From Candidatus Thorarchaeota archaeon (GTDB taxonomy: Archaea > Asgardarchaeota > Thorarchaeia > Thorarchaeales > Thorarchaeaceae): 64,000 bases of DNA. A program made the position numbers and the translations under genes. Below the pieces are notes generated by a model that did not search any database, was not told where the DNA came from, and was given only the letters and a program-made list of their open reading frames with translations. This document shows positions 9,295 to 18,570 of this stretch, piece by piece. The stretch spans positions 27,375 to 91,374 of the forward strand of contig JBHLQH010000014.1 in assembly GCA_048884965.1 (NCBI GenBank), given 5' to 3'. The first letter of the stretch is position 1. Every line of letters starts with the position of its first letter.

Positions 9295-11280
9295 ATGTCA
9301 GACTTCAAACTAGAGGCTCCTTTCAAACCGACAGGCGATCAACCACAGGCGATCAAGAAGCTAATCGAAGGTCTTGAGAGCGGATTGGACCATCAGACAC
9401 TTTTGGGAGTCACTGGTTCTGGAAAGACATTCTCCATGGCGAACGTCGTGGAAGCATACAACAAGCCTACCCTTGTCATCTCTCATAACAAGACACTTGC
9501 AGCTCAACTAGCCTCAGAGTACAAGCAGTTCTTTCCCAATAATGCTGTAGAGTACTTCGTTTCCTACTATGATTATTATCAACCAGAAGCATATGTTCCG
9601 AGCAAGGATATGTACATCGAGAAGGAGGCTGACATCAATGCGGAAATTGAGCGTCTTCGACATTCGACCACGAACTCCTTGCGCTCACGAAACGATGTTC
9701 TTGTGGTGGCCTCGGTTTCATGCATCTATGGTATTGGAGATCCGGAAGCATACGACCATTTCAGGATGTACTTGGAAGTAGGGATGGAGATTGACAGACG
9801 AGAGATTCTCGAGCGACTCGTTTCGATGCAATATGAGCGCAATGACATGGAGATTAAGCCCGGTGTATTTCGTGTGCGCGGTGATGTCATTGATGTGTAT
9901 CCGTCAGCTTCAGAGAATAGCATTCGCATCGAACTTGATGGTACCAAGATTGAGAAGATCTCGACATTAGAGGCATTGACTTCAAAGAGACTCTGGTATA
10001 GTAACTGGACAGAGCTCTTCCCTGCACGACATCACGTCGCCAGATACGACACGATCCTTGAAGCATTAGAACCGATGAAACAGGAGATGGAAGAGCGAGT
10101 TGATTGGTTTAAGAGTCATGGAAAATTGGTCGAGGCAGACCGACTGAAGAGGCGGACCATGTTCGATATGGAGATGCTTCGAGAAACTGGCCACTGTGGT
10201 GGAATTGAGAACTACTCGCGATTGATTGATGGACGCTCACCTGGGCAGAAGCCCTATACACTTCTTGATTACTTCCCTGATGATTTCTTGATGATAATTG
10301 ATGAGAGCCATATGACCATACCTCAGGTACGAGGGATGTATCATGGTGACTTGGCTCGGAAGAACAATCTTGTCGATTATGGGTTCCGACTACCCTCCGC
10401 ACTTGATAATCGACCACTGAAGTTCGATGAGTTCGAGCGGTACATGAAGCGGACCATCTACACAAGTGCAACTCCAGGGAGCTATGAACGAAAGAACAGC
10501 AAACAGATTGTTGAGCAGCTCCTGAGACCTACAGGTCTACTAGATCCTCACATCACCCTCAAGCCAGTCATCAATCAAGTTGACAATCTGATTGCAGAGA
10601 TTCGCGTTACTGTCGGACAAGGGCACCGAGTACTCGTAACGACCCTCACGAAGAAGACCTCAGAGATGCTAACTGAGTATCTTGTCGAGAATGGAGTGAA
10701 GGCACGATATCTCCACTCCGATATTGGCACGGTAGAACGGATCGAGATCATTAGACAGCTACGGCAAGGTAAGTTCAATGTCCTTGTTGGCATCAACCTG
10801 CTTCGAGAGGGATTGGACCTGCCAGAAGTCGGACTCGTTGCGATCATGGATGCGGATAAGGAAGGCTTTCTCAGAACTGATTGGGCTCTCATCCAGACTA
10901 TGGGCAGAGCGGCAAGAAACGCGGATGGTAGAGTCATTCTCTATGCTGATCACACATCCGATGCGATGCAGACTGCTATCGACGAAACAAATCGAAGAAG
11001 AGCGTATCAAAGAAAATACAACGAGGAGCATGGCATAGTTCCTACCTCAATCACGAAGCATGTTCATGACATCGCCATAGGTATCAAGTCGAAGGAGTCT
11101 GTCAAGCAAGCAACCATTGAGGAATTCGACCCACTTGAGGCTGAAGAGATCATGGACTTCATCGTTGATCTGGAAGAGAAGATGAAGGAGGCAGCAAGCA
11201 ATCTTGAATTCGAAAAGGCTGCGAAGCTTCGGGACCAGATTGTTATGTTACGAAAGAAGATCGAGGGCAGTATAGCATGA
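9295..11280 (+). CDS. uvrB: Excinuclease ABC subunit B
   Basis: PTGDQP, GVTGSGKT, FVSYYDYYQPEAY beta-hairpin, DESH, GINLLREGLD, C-terminal UVR (LEFEKAAKLRDQI). Confidence 0.98.
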   Translation: MSDFKLEAPFKPTGDQPQAIKKLIEGLESGLDHQTLLGVTGSGKTFSMANVVEAYNKPTLVISHNKTLAAQLASEYKQFFPNNAVEYFVSYYDYYQPEAYVPSKDMYIEKEADINAEIERLRHSTTNSLRSRNDVLVVASVSCIYGIGDPEAYDHFRMYLEVGMEIDRREILERLVSMQYERNDMEIKPGVFRVRGDVIDVYPSASENSIRIELDGTKIEKISTLEALTSKRLWYSNWTELFPARHHVARYDTILEALEPMKQEMEERVDWFKSHGKLVEADRLKRRTMFDMEMLRETGHCGGIENYSRLIDGRSPGQKPYTLLDYFPDDFLMIIDESHMTIPQVRGMYHGDLARKNNLVDYGFRLPSALDNRPLKFDEFERYMKRTIYTSATPGSYERKNSKQIVEQLLRPTGLLDPHITLKPVINQVDNLIAEIRVTVGQGHRVLVTTLTKKTSEMLTEYLVENGVKARYLHSDIGTVERIEIIRQLRQGKFNVLVGINLLREGLDLPEVGLVAIMDADKEGFLRTDWALIQTMGRAARNADGRVILYADHTSDAMQTAIDETNRRRAYQRKYNEEHGIVPTSITKHVHDIAIGIKSKESVKQATIEEFDPLEAEEIMDFIVDLEEKMKEAASNLEFEKAAKLRDQIVMLRKKIEGSIA

Positions 11281-14186
11281 AGGCAGCGAAAACAACAAAC
11301 CCAGATATGGACACCGAAGGTCCGAAGTCTATAGTGGTAGTCGGAGCTGCTGAGCATAACCTCCGGAATATCAGCGTTGAGATTCCGAAGAATAGCCTGA
11401 CCGTTGTCACAGGTGTTTCAGGGAGTGGAAAGTCAAGCTTGGTCTTTGATACGATCTTCGCTGAAGGCCAGCGAAGGTTCGTTGAGAGTCTCTCTGCTTA
11501 CGCTCGTCAGTTCCTCGGTATGCTCGAGAAACCAAAGGTAGACTTCATGTCAGGTCTCTCACCATCTATCTCTATTGACCAGAAGAGCGTCGGTCGTAAT
11601 CCTCGTTCGACAGTAGGTACGATAACAGAGATCTATGACTTTTTGCGTCTTCTCTATGCGCGTATTGGTGAGCCACACTGTCCTTCCTGCGGAAAGAAGA
11701 TCGAACCTCAGACAGCTCAACAGATCGTTGATAGAGTCCTACAGTTGGATGAGACTACAAAGATTATGATCATGGCTCCCATCGTTCGTGGGCGAAAGGG
11801 AGAGTACCGGAAGGAGTTCCGGGACCTGCTTAAGAAGGGCTTCGTAAGAGCGCGAGTTGATGGCGAGCTCATCGATATCGTGGAAGGTATGTCCCTCGAT
11901 CGGTATTTCGAGCACACCATTGAGGTCGTTATCGATCGACTCAATGTAAAGGATTCAGAGCGAGGAAGGATCTCAGAGGCTGTAGAAGCTGCGTTAGATA
12001 TGGCTGAAGGTGTTGTCACCATCTCCACGGATGAAAGGAACCTCACACTCTCAGAGCAGTTCGCTTGTGTGGATTGTGGAATAAGCTTGCCTGAGATGGA
12101 ACCACGTATCTTCTCTTGGAACACTCCTCAAGGTGCATGTGAGAACTGCACGGGGATTGGCACGATTCGAGAGTTTGATCCTGACCTCTTCATCAGAGAC
12201 CCAAAGCTCTCTATTCGTGAAGGTCTTTTTCTAACTGAGGAATGGAGGACAAAACGGTTCGTCGATGGCCGCTATGACAAGATACTGAAGAAATATGGTT
12301 TGACCGTCGACACGCCATGGAATGAGATGACAGAGAAGCAGAAGAACATCTTGCTCTGGGGCTCAGGGAAGGAACTCTTCGAGTTCACCTGGGAAGGTGA
12401 GAATGAAGAGGTCTCTGCTCAATGGAAGGGAACGTTCAAGAGACCCTTTGAGGGGTGGGCGGAGCGTTCTACTCGACTCTACCGTCAGACAAAATCCGAG
12501 TGGCGAAGGAAAGAGATCGAGAAATTCATGTCTCAGCAAAAGTGTCCTGTCTGCAACGGTAGTAGGCTTCGAAAGGAAGCGCAGGCTGTTACTTTCAATG
12601 GTCGATCAATTTCTGATCTAGATGATATGTCCATCAAGGAAATGCATGAGTTCTTTGGCTCAGTGAAGATCGACCCTCGACTCGATCCGGTCGCACAACC
12701 TATCCTCAGAGAGATTCAGGGACGTATCGAGTTTCTTGAGGAAGTAGGTCTCGAGTACCTTACTCTCAGCAGGACTGCTCCTACGCTTGCTGGTGGTGAA
12801 GCTCAGCGAATCCGCTTGGCAAGTCAGATAGGTTCGAACTTGGTAGGCGTCACCTATGTCTGCGACGAACCTTCGATTGGCTTACACGCTCGTGACAATA
12901 TGCGATTGTTGAGGTCTCTCATGCGACTTCGAGATGTTGGGAATACAGTACTGGTGGTGGAGCATGACGAAGAGACCATGATGCATGCTGACTACATTGT
13001 TGATCTTGGCCCAGGCGCAGGATCGGAAGGCGGTGAGGTTGTAGTCGCTGGTACTCTCGAAGAGATTCTCAAGTCGAAGAAGTCGTTGACTGCGAAGTAC
13101 CTTCGTGGAGAAGAACGAATACCTGTCCCCGGGCAACGACGGAAGCCCAACGGTCGATTCCTTGAGATAAAGGGAGCCCGTCATCATAACTTGAAGAATT
13201 TGGATGTCAAGATTCCACTAGGATTATTCATCTCCGTCACAGGTGTATCAGGGAGCGGTAAGTCAAGTCTAATCGTTGAGACGCTGCAACGAGCTCTGGC
13301 TCGGAAGTTCCATAATGCTGAGGCGACTCCTGGCAAGCACGATAGCATCGAGGGCGTTGAGCAGCTCGATAAGGTAATCGTCATCGATCAGAGTCCCATT
13401 GGAAGAACACCTCGCTCAAATCCCGCGACCTATGTAGGTCTCTGGTCGCCCCTGAGGGATCTCTTCGCATCCCTCCCTGAATCTCAGGTCCGTGGTTACA
13501 AGCCAGGTAGGTTCAGCTTCAATGTTAAGGGTGGACGCTGTGAGAAGTGTCAAGGTGCTGGTGTTGAAATTATTGAGATGCAGTTTCTTCCTCCAGTACA
13601 GGTGACATGCAGTGACTGTAAAGGGCGTCGATACAACCGAGAGACCCTCCAGGTGCGCTATAAGGGAAAGAACATCGCAGACGTCCTATCCATGCGAATT
13701 GATGAGGCTACCATATTCTTTGAGAACGTTCCGTCTGTCTACAACCGATTGAAGACACTATGTGATGTTGGCATGGGTTATGTACAGCTTGGACAACCTG
13801 CGACTACCTTGAGCGGTGGCGAAGCTCAACGAATCAAGCTAAGCAAATTCCTTTCTCGTCCTGCCACTGGCCAGACGTTGATACTCTTGGATGAACCGAC
13901 CACTGGACTCCATTTCGCAGATATCAAGAAGCTGCTTGAGGTACTACACCGCCTCGTAGATCTCGGGAATACTGTGCTAGTCATCGAGCATCAATTGGAT
14001 GTTGTGAAGACTGCGGATTGGGTGATTGATCTCGGTCCCGAAGGCGGGAATGAAGGAGGTTATCTTGTTGCAGAAGGAACTCCTGAGGATATCGCAAATG
14101 CTCCTGAGTCATATACCGGGAAATACCTGAAAGATCTCCTCGAAATGAAGGTTCCACTCAGTGTTCAGAGGAGGTCCACGAAATGA
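11277..14186 (+). CDS. uvrA: Excinuclease ABC subunit A, paralog 1
   Basis: Two Walker A motifs (GVSGSGKS), EGQRRFVESLSAYARQF, zinc modules, DQSPIGRTPRSNPATY, LSGGEAQR; ATGA overlap with uvrB. Confidence 0.97.
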   Translation: MKAAKTTNPDMDTEGPKSIVVVGAAEHNLRNISVEIPKNSLTVVTGVSGSGKSSLVFDTIFAEGQRRFVESLSAYARQFLGMLEKPKVDFMSGLSPSISIDQKSVGRNPRSTVGTITEIYDFLRLLYARIGEPHCPSCGKKIEPQTAQQIVDRVLQLDETTKIMIMAPIVRGRKGEYRKEFRDLLKKGFVRARVDGELIDIVEGMSLDRYFEHTIEVVIDRLNVKDSERGRISEAVEAALDMAEGVVTISTDERNLTLSEQFACVDCGISLPEMEPRIFSWNTPQGACENCTGIGTIREFDPDLFIRDPKLSIREGLFLTEEWRTKRFVDGRYDKILKKYGLTVDTPWNEMTEKQKNILLWGSGKELFEFTWEGENEEVSAQWKGTFKRPFEGWAERSTRLYRQTKSEWRRKEIEKFMSQQKCPVCNGSRLRKEAQAVTFNGRSISDLDDMSIKEMHEFFGSVKIDPRLDPVAQPILREIQGRIEFLEEVGLEYLTLSRTAPTLAGGEAQRIRLASQIGSNLVGVTYVCDEPSIGLHARDNMRLLRSLMRLRDVGNTVLVVEHDEETMMHADYIVDLGPGAGSEGGEVVVAGTLEEILKSKKSLTAKYLRGEERIPVPGQRRKPNGRFLEIKGARHHNLKNLDVKIPLGLFISVTGVSGSGKSSLIVETLQRALARKFHNAEATPGKHDSIEGVEQLDKVIVIDQSPIGRTPRSNPATYVGLWSPLRDLFASLPESQVRGYKPGRFSFNVKGGRCEKCQGAGVEIIEMQFLPPVQVTCSDCKGRRYNRETLQVRYKGKNIADVLSMRIDEATIFFENVPSVYNRLKTLCDVGMGYVQLGQPATTLSGGEAQRIKLSKFLSRPATGQTLILLDEPTTGLHFADIKKLLEVLHRLVDLGNTVLVIEHQLDVVKTADWVIDLGPEGGNEGGYLVAEGTPEDIANAPESYTGKYLKDLLEMKVPLSVQRRSTK

Positions 14187-17032
14187 CAGGATACATATCT
14201 GTTCGCGGCGCTGAGGAGCACAATCTGAAGCATGTGAATGTCGATATCCCCCGAGACCGCCTGGTTGTCGTTACTGGACCGAGTGGCTCAGGCAAGAGCA
14301 CATTGGTGTTCGATACGATCTTCGCTGAGGGTCAGAGACGATATGTCGAATCACTTAGCTCCTATGCACGAAGATTCCTTGGCAGACTCGATAAACCAAA
14401 GGTCGAGAAGATAACTGGCTTACCTCCTGCAATCTCCATTGAACAGAAGGGCCGAACGAAGAACCCTCGCAGTACTGTCGGTACCAGCACAGAGATTCAT
14501 GACTACTTTCGACTGCTTTACGCCAATATCGGAATTCCTCATTGTGTTCAATGCTCACGTCCTATGGAACAGCTAACCCCTGAGTCTGCAGCGCGACTGC
14601 TACTTCATGAGAATGGCGGACAACGCATTCATGTCCTCGCACCAGTCGTCCGAGATGAATCGGGAAAGCATGAGGATGTGCTAGCGAACCTCCTAGGCAA
14701 TGGTTTCGCTCGTGTACGAGTCGGCAGCGAGATTCTAGAGATAGAGGGTATCGAGATAGATGGTCGAAAGAAACATTCCATTGATGTTGTCGTCGATAGA
14801 TTGGAGCTTGCTCAGAAGAATAGAGAGCGACTCATTGGTTCCTTAGAGACCGCTTTAGAGGTAGGGAACGGTATCGCGATCGTTCAGCGAGAGGGTACAG
14901 AAGACCTCACCTTTGCAGATCAATTGATGTGCCCATATTGTGGCATTCAGTATGAGAAGCTCGGCCCCAAAGCCTTCTCGTATAACCGACCTGATGGAGC
15001 GTGTCCTGAATGTAATGGACTCGGTGTCACAATGGACATCAATCCTGAACTTGTGATATATGATGATGGGATGACCGCATGGGATTTGGCTGCGAAAGCA
15101 TTCATGAATCGGAAATGGCTGATGAGGAGAATCGATGCGTTGGCTGAGGCTGTCCCCGAATTCGATCCATATATCCCCTATAGAAACCTCCCTGACAACA
15201 TCAAAGAGCTCTTCCTTTGGGGACAGCCTGAAGTGCAAATCACCTTCATAGCAGAGAGTGAGACATCCAGATGGGAGGTTACACGCAAATGGAGTGGAGT
15301 TATGCCATGGCTAAGGACATCATTTGAGAAAGGTAATACTAGCACTAAGGCTTGGTATCGTTGGCAGGCGCAACAGATTGGTGAGAAATACGCATCTCGG
15401 ACAACATGTCGATCATGTAAAGGTCGAAAATTGAAGCCTGAGGCACTGGCTGTCACAGTCGGTGACAAATCAATAGATGAAGTATCATCAATGACCATTG
15501 AGGCTGCTTACAACTTCTTTGACAAGATTATACTGAATGAGCGAGACCTTCGTATTGCTGAGCTCGTATTGAAGGAGATCAAAGCCAGACTGAAGTTCCT
15601 TCTTTCCGTCGGTCTGGAATATCTGAACCTCGATAGACTGTCCATGACCTTGAGTGGTGGTGAGAGTCAGCGTATCCGATTGGCTACCCAGATCGGTTCA
15701 GCTCTTACAGGCGTGTTATATTGCTTGGACGAGCCTTCGATAGGTCTCCATCCTCGTGACATCAATCGGTTGATAGAAACCTTCTACAACCTGCGTAGTC
15801 TGGGTAATACCGTCGTTGTGGTAGAGCATGATAGGGATACTATCGAGGCTGCCGACCACATAATAGACCTGGGTCCATTCGCCGGAGTGCATGGCGGTGA
15901 GATTATCACACAAGGGTCTCCAGATGAGGTGCTTTCGAATAGTGAATCCCTCACCGCTCAGTATCTCTCAGGCTCAAAACAGATAGCTATCCCTCGTGAG
16001 AGGCGGAAAGGGAATGGTCATTCCTTGAAGCTAAAGGGAGCGAAACAGAATAACCTCACCGGGATTGATGTGGATTTTCCACTTGGCAAGTTCATCTGTG
16101 TAACTGGCGTGTCAGGAAGCGGGAAGAGTTCATTGCTGAATGAGACCCTCTACAAGGCACTAGCCCGCGAGATGAACGGTTCCAATGTTACGCCTGGGAA
16201 GTATGACTCCCTTGAAGGAATAGAGCACATCGACCGCCTCGTTCTTGTCGACCAGAGTCCAATTGGCAGAACACCAAGATCCAATCCTGCGACCTATACG
16301 AAGGTCTTCGGAGAAATCAGAAACCTGTTTGCGATGATGCCTGAAGCAAAGACACGAGGGTATGGTCCGGGCCGTTTCAGCTTCAATACGCGGGAAGGAA
16401 GGTGCGAGAAGTGTCAGGGAAGTGGAGTGCTCCAGGTGGAGATGCATTTCATGTCTGATGTATTCATTCAATGTGATGTCTGCAAGGGCAATCGTTTTGA
16501 TCGAGAGACCCTTGAAATCGCTTACAAGGGCAGAAACATCACACAGGTACTATCTATGACGATTGAAGAGGCACTCTTCTTCTTTGGTGAGATTCCAAAA
16601 ATCGCTGACAAGCTCAGGACTCTGATTGACGTTGGCCTAGGATACCTGCAGCTTGGACAGCCTGCGACCCAATTGAGTGGCGGTGAAGCTCAGCGGATGA
16701 AACTGGCATCCGAACTTTCACGGCGAAGCACTGGAAACACGCTCTATATTTTGGACGAGCCGACTACTGGGTTATCAGCTTCAGACGTTGACACACTCTT
16801 GAAGGTAATCAATCGCCTACTTGAATCTGGCAATACTGTGATCATGATCGAACACAATCTCGAGGTCATCAAGACCTGCGATTTCATTGTAGATCTTGGT
16901 CCTGAAGGAGGCGACAAGGGCGGGAAGCTAGTTGCAACAGGAACTCCGGAGGAAGTTGCAGACATAACGAGGTCCTATACTGGGAATCACTTACGAACTG
17001 CACTCTATAGTCCCAATGCAAAGTACGAGTAG
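14183..17032 (+). CDS. uvrA: Excinuclease ABC subunit A, paralog 2
   Basis: GPSGSGKS and GVSGSGKS Walker A motifs, EGQRRYVESLSSYAR, two LSGGE signatures, DQSPIGRTPRSNPATY; ATGA overlap with paralog 1. Confidence 0.96.
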   Translation: MTGYISVRGAEEHNLKHVNVDIPRDRLVVVTGPSGSGKSTLVFDTIFAEGQRRYVESLSSYARRFLGRLDKPKVEKITGLPPAISIEQKGRTKNPRSTVGTSTEIHDYFRLLYANIGIPHCVQCSRPMEQLTPESAARLLLHENGGQRIHVLAPVVRDESGKHEDVLANLLGNGFARVRVGSEILEIEGIEIDGRKKHSIDVVVDRLELAQKNRERLIGSLETALEVGNGIAIVQREGTEDLTFADQLMCPYCGIQYEKLGPKAFSYNRPDGACPECNGLGVTMDINPELVIYDDGMTAWDLAAKAFMNRKWLMRRIDALAEAVPEFDPYIPYRNLPDNIKELFLWGQPEVQITFIAESETSRWEVTRKWSGVMPWLRTSFEKGNTSTKAWYRWQAQQIGEKYASRTTCRSCKGRKLKPEALAVTVGDKSIDEVSSMTIEAAYNFFDKIILNERDLRIAELVLKEIKARLKFLLSVGLEYLNLDRLSMTLSGGESQRIRLATQIGSALTGVLYCLDEPSIGLHPRDINRLIETFYNLRSLGNTVVVVEHDRDTIEAADHIIDLGPFAGVHGGEIITQGSPDEVLSNSESLTAQYLSGSKQIAIPRERRKGNGHSLKLKGAKQNNLTGIDVDFPLGKFICVTGVSGSGKSSLLNETLYKALAREMNGSNVTPGKYDSLEGIEHIDRLVLVDQSPIGRTPRSNPATYTKVFGEIRNLFAMMPEAKTRGYGPGRFSFNTREGRCEKCQGSGVLQVEMHFMSDVFIQCDVCKGNRFDRETLEIAYKGRNITQVLSMTIEEALFFFGEIPKIADKLRTLIDVGLGYLQLGQPATQLSGGEAQRMKLASELSRRSTGNTLYILDEPTTGLSASDVDTLLKVINRLLESGNTVIMIEHNLEVIKTCDFIVDLGPEGGDKGGKLVATGTPEEVADITRSYTGNHLRTALYSPNAKYE

Positions 17033-17665
17033 CTACTTCGAATAATCCAATACAAACTCACTCCACTTCTGTCGCAGCCTCTGATATTGATCATCTCTTG
17101 TAAGCGCTGCCTCTCTCATCAATCTCGAGGCATCCTCTTGTTGTTGCTTTGGTAAAAGGTTCCATGCTTCTGCATCCTCAATAGTGACCTTAGCGCTAAT
17201 TGTATTCTCCCGCTCTACCAATTTTCTCAGGAGTTCAATAGCTTCCTCTGTTTTATCACTGGGAATAATGACGCCATAGACTGAGAGTGAAGAGATGATG
17301 CTTCGAAGTCTGTCCTCAGCATAGTCCCTGACCCCATCACCACTTTTCATCATATCAGTGATCCCAAGTCGATACTCTCTGGCTGTAGCCCTGTAGTATC
17401 TTTGAACTATACCAGTATTTGTCTTCTCAGTCCTGACCTGTCGAACGAGTCCTGCATCCTTCAATCTATCAATGTGGCGCAAGACATTTCCGGGATTCTT
17501 TCCTATCGCATCTGCAAGCTGTTTGACTGTCATCGCTTCGTTCACGAGATATTTGAAGACCAGAACTGCCCTGGTCTTGTCAAATAGAACCTTGATGGTA
17601 TTGGGATCCGAGATTATCTCTAGATCTTTCATTTGCAGTGAAGTGTCTTTAGGTGTCATGTTCAA
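17033..17665 (-). CDS. ArsR-like winged-helix transcriptional regulator
   Basis: MTVKQLADAIGKNPGNVLRHIDRLKDAGLV...QRYYRATA. Confidence 0.85.
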   Translation of the reverse strand: MNMTPKDTSLQMKDLEIISDPNTIKVLFDKTRAVLVFKYLVNEAMTVKQLADAIGKNPGNVLRHIDRLKDAGLVRQVRTEKTNTGIVQRYYRATAREYRLGITDMMKSGDGVRDYAEDRLRSIISSLSVYGVIIPSDKTEEAIELLRKLVERENTISAKVTIEDAEAWNLLPKQQQEDASRLMREAALTRDDQYQRLRQKWSEFVLDYSK

Positions 17666-18570
17666 GGTTCCTCCTTTGGTTCCGAAACTTGCTCTTCTGA
17701 TGTATTTGGGTCAGAGATGAGTAGGTAGGTCCGAGAGGTTGCAAGGATATGAATAGGTAAGATGATCAATACTGTGATCGCTAGGACGAGAAGTGCATAG
17801 ATGGATCCCTCTAAAGTGTCTAAGAATTCTGATCCCATAACAAGATCAATGAATGGCGGTACAATAAGCAACATTTCGATGGAGATGAAGCTAAGCCATA
17901 TGGAGAATACTGCGTCAGATCTTCTTACACCTAGTGATACGGAGTTCTTGAGTGCTGCGGGAATTGACATACCGTCAATGATGCTAGGGAATGTCATCGA
18001 GAGTAACCCCGCACCTAGAATGAACCATATGAAAGCAAGTGTTATCAACAAAGACAAGACGGGATCTCCTATCGGATCAGAGTGAAAGTACCATGTTCCG
18101 AAGATGTATTCCAATCCAATGGGGGCGAAAAGTAGGACGAATTGGATTATCCCTCCTCCAGCAAGAGAGAGGAATTTCCTTTTGAACCATATCAACACGC
18201 CTTCTGCTTCCGTTCCCCCACTCTCCAGCAATTCTTGTCCTATACCAAATAACGCTCCGAATCCTATCAAGAGTGGAGCTACTAGCAGACCAATGAAAAC
18301 CAAAACAATACCAAGTCTACCAATCTCAGTCGAATCAGTAATCAGCTCGCCAATGACCTCGAAGATTCCAAAGGGGATGTCGATTGGACCGACAACCATT
18401 GAGAGATGCAGTGACACGATTAGAGTGCCTGCAAGGAAGATAACAATAGAAACCACTGCAACTCCCAGGAGTGCTAAGAAGAACGAAAGATAGTTCCTGA
18501 TCGTGAATCTTGTTGCAACCCGTATTGTTTCAACATATTCTCCAAATGTCCACTTCTTCAGATCTAACAC
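17662..18570 (-). CDS. Multi-pass membrane protein (about 6-7 TM) of unknown function
   Basis: Multiple hydrophobic helices; IIDGMSIPAALKNSV resembles the 'A-l-x-x-S' motif of common uncharacterised membrane families; overlaps both neighbours. Confidence 0.7.
   Translation of the reverse strand: MLDLKKWTFGEYVETIRVATRFTIRNYLSFFLALLGVAVVSIVIFLAGTLIVSLHLSMVVGPIDIPFGIFEVIGELITDSTEIGRLGIVLVFIGLLVAPLLIGFGALFGIGQELLESGGTEAEGVLIWFKRKFLSLAGGGIIQFVLLFAPIGLEYIFGTWYFHSDPIGDPVLSLLITLAFIWFILGAGLLSMTFPSIIDGMSIPAALKNSVSLGVRRSDAVFSIWLSFISIEMLLIVPPFIDLVMGSEFLDTLEGSIYALLVLAITVLIILPIHILATSRTYLLISDPNTSEEQVSEPKEEP

Noticed and set aside
11277-17032. uvrA tandem as an assembly artefact or a frameshifted single fused gene
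   Set aside because: The copies are highly diverged, each is complete, and the second has its own GGAGG SD and ATG
17027-17038. Palindrome AGTAGCTACT at the uvrA2/ArsR junction as an insertion scar
   Set aside because: Explained by two abutting TAG stop codons
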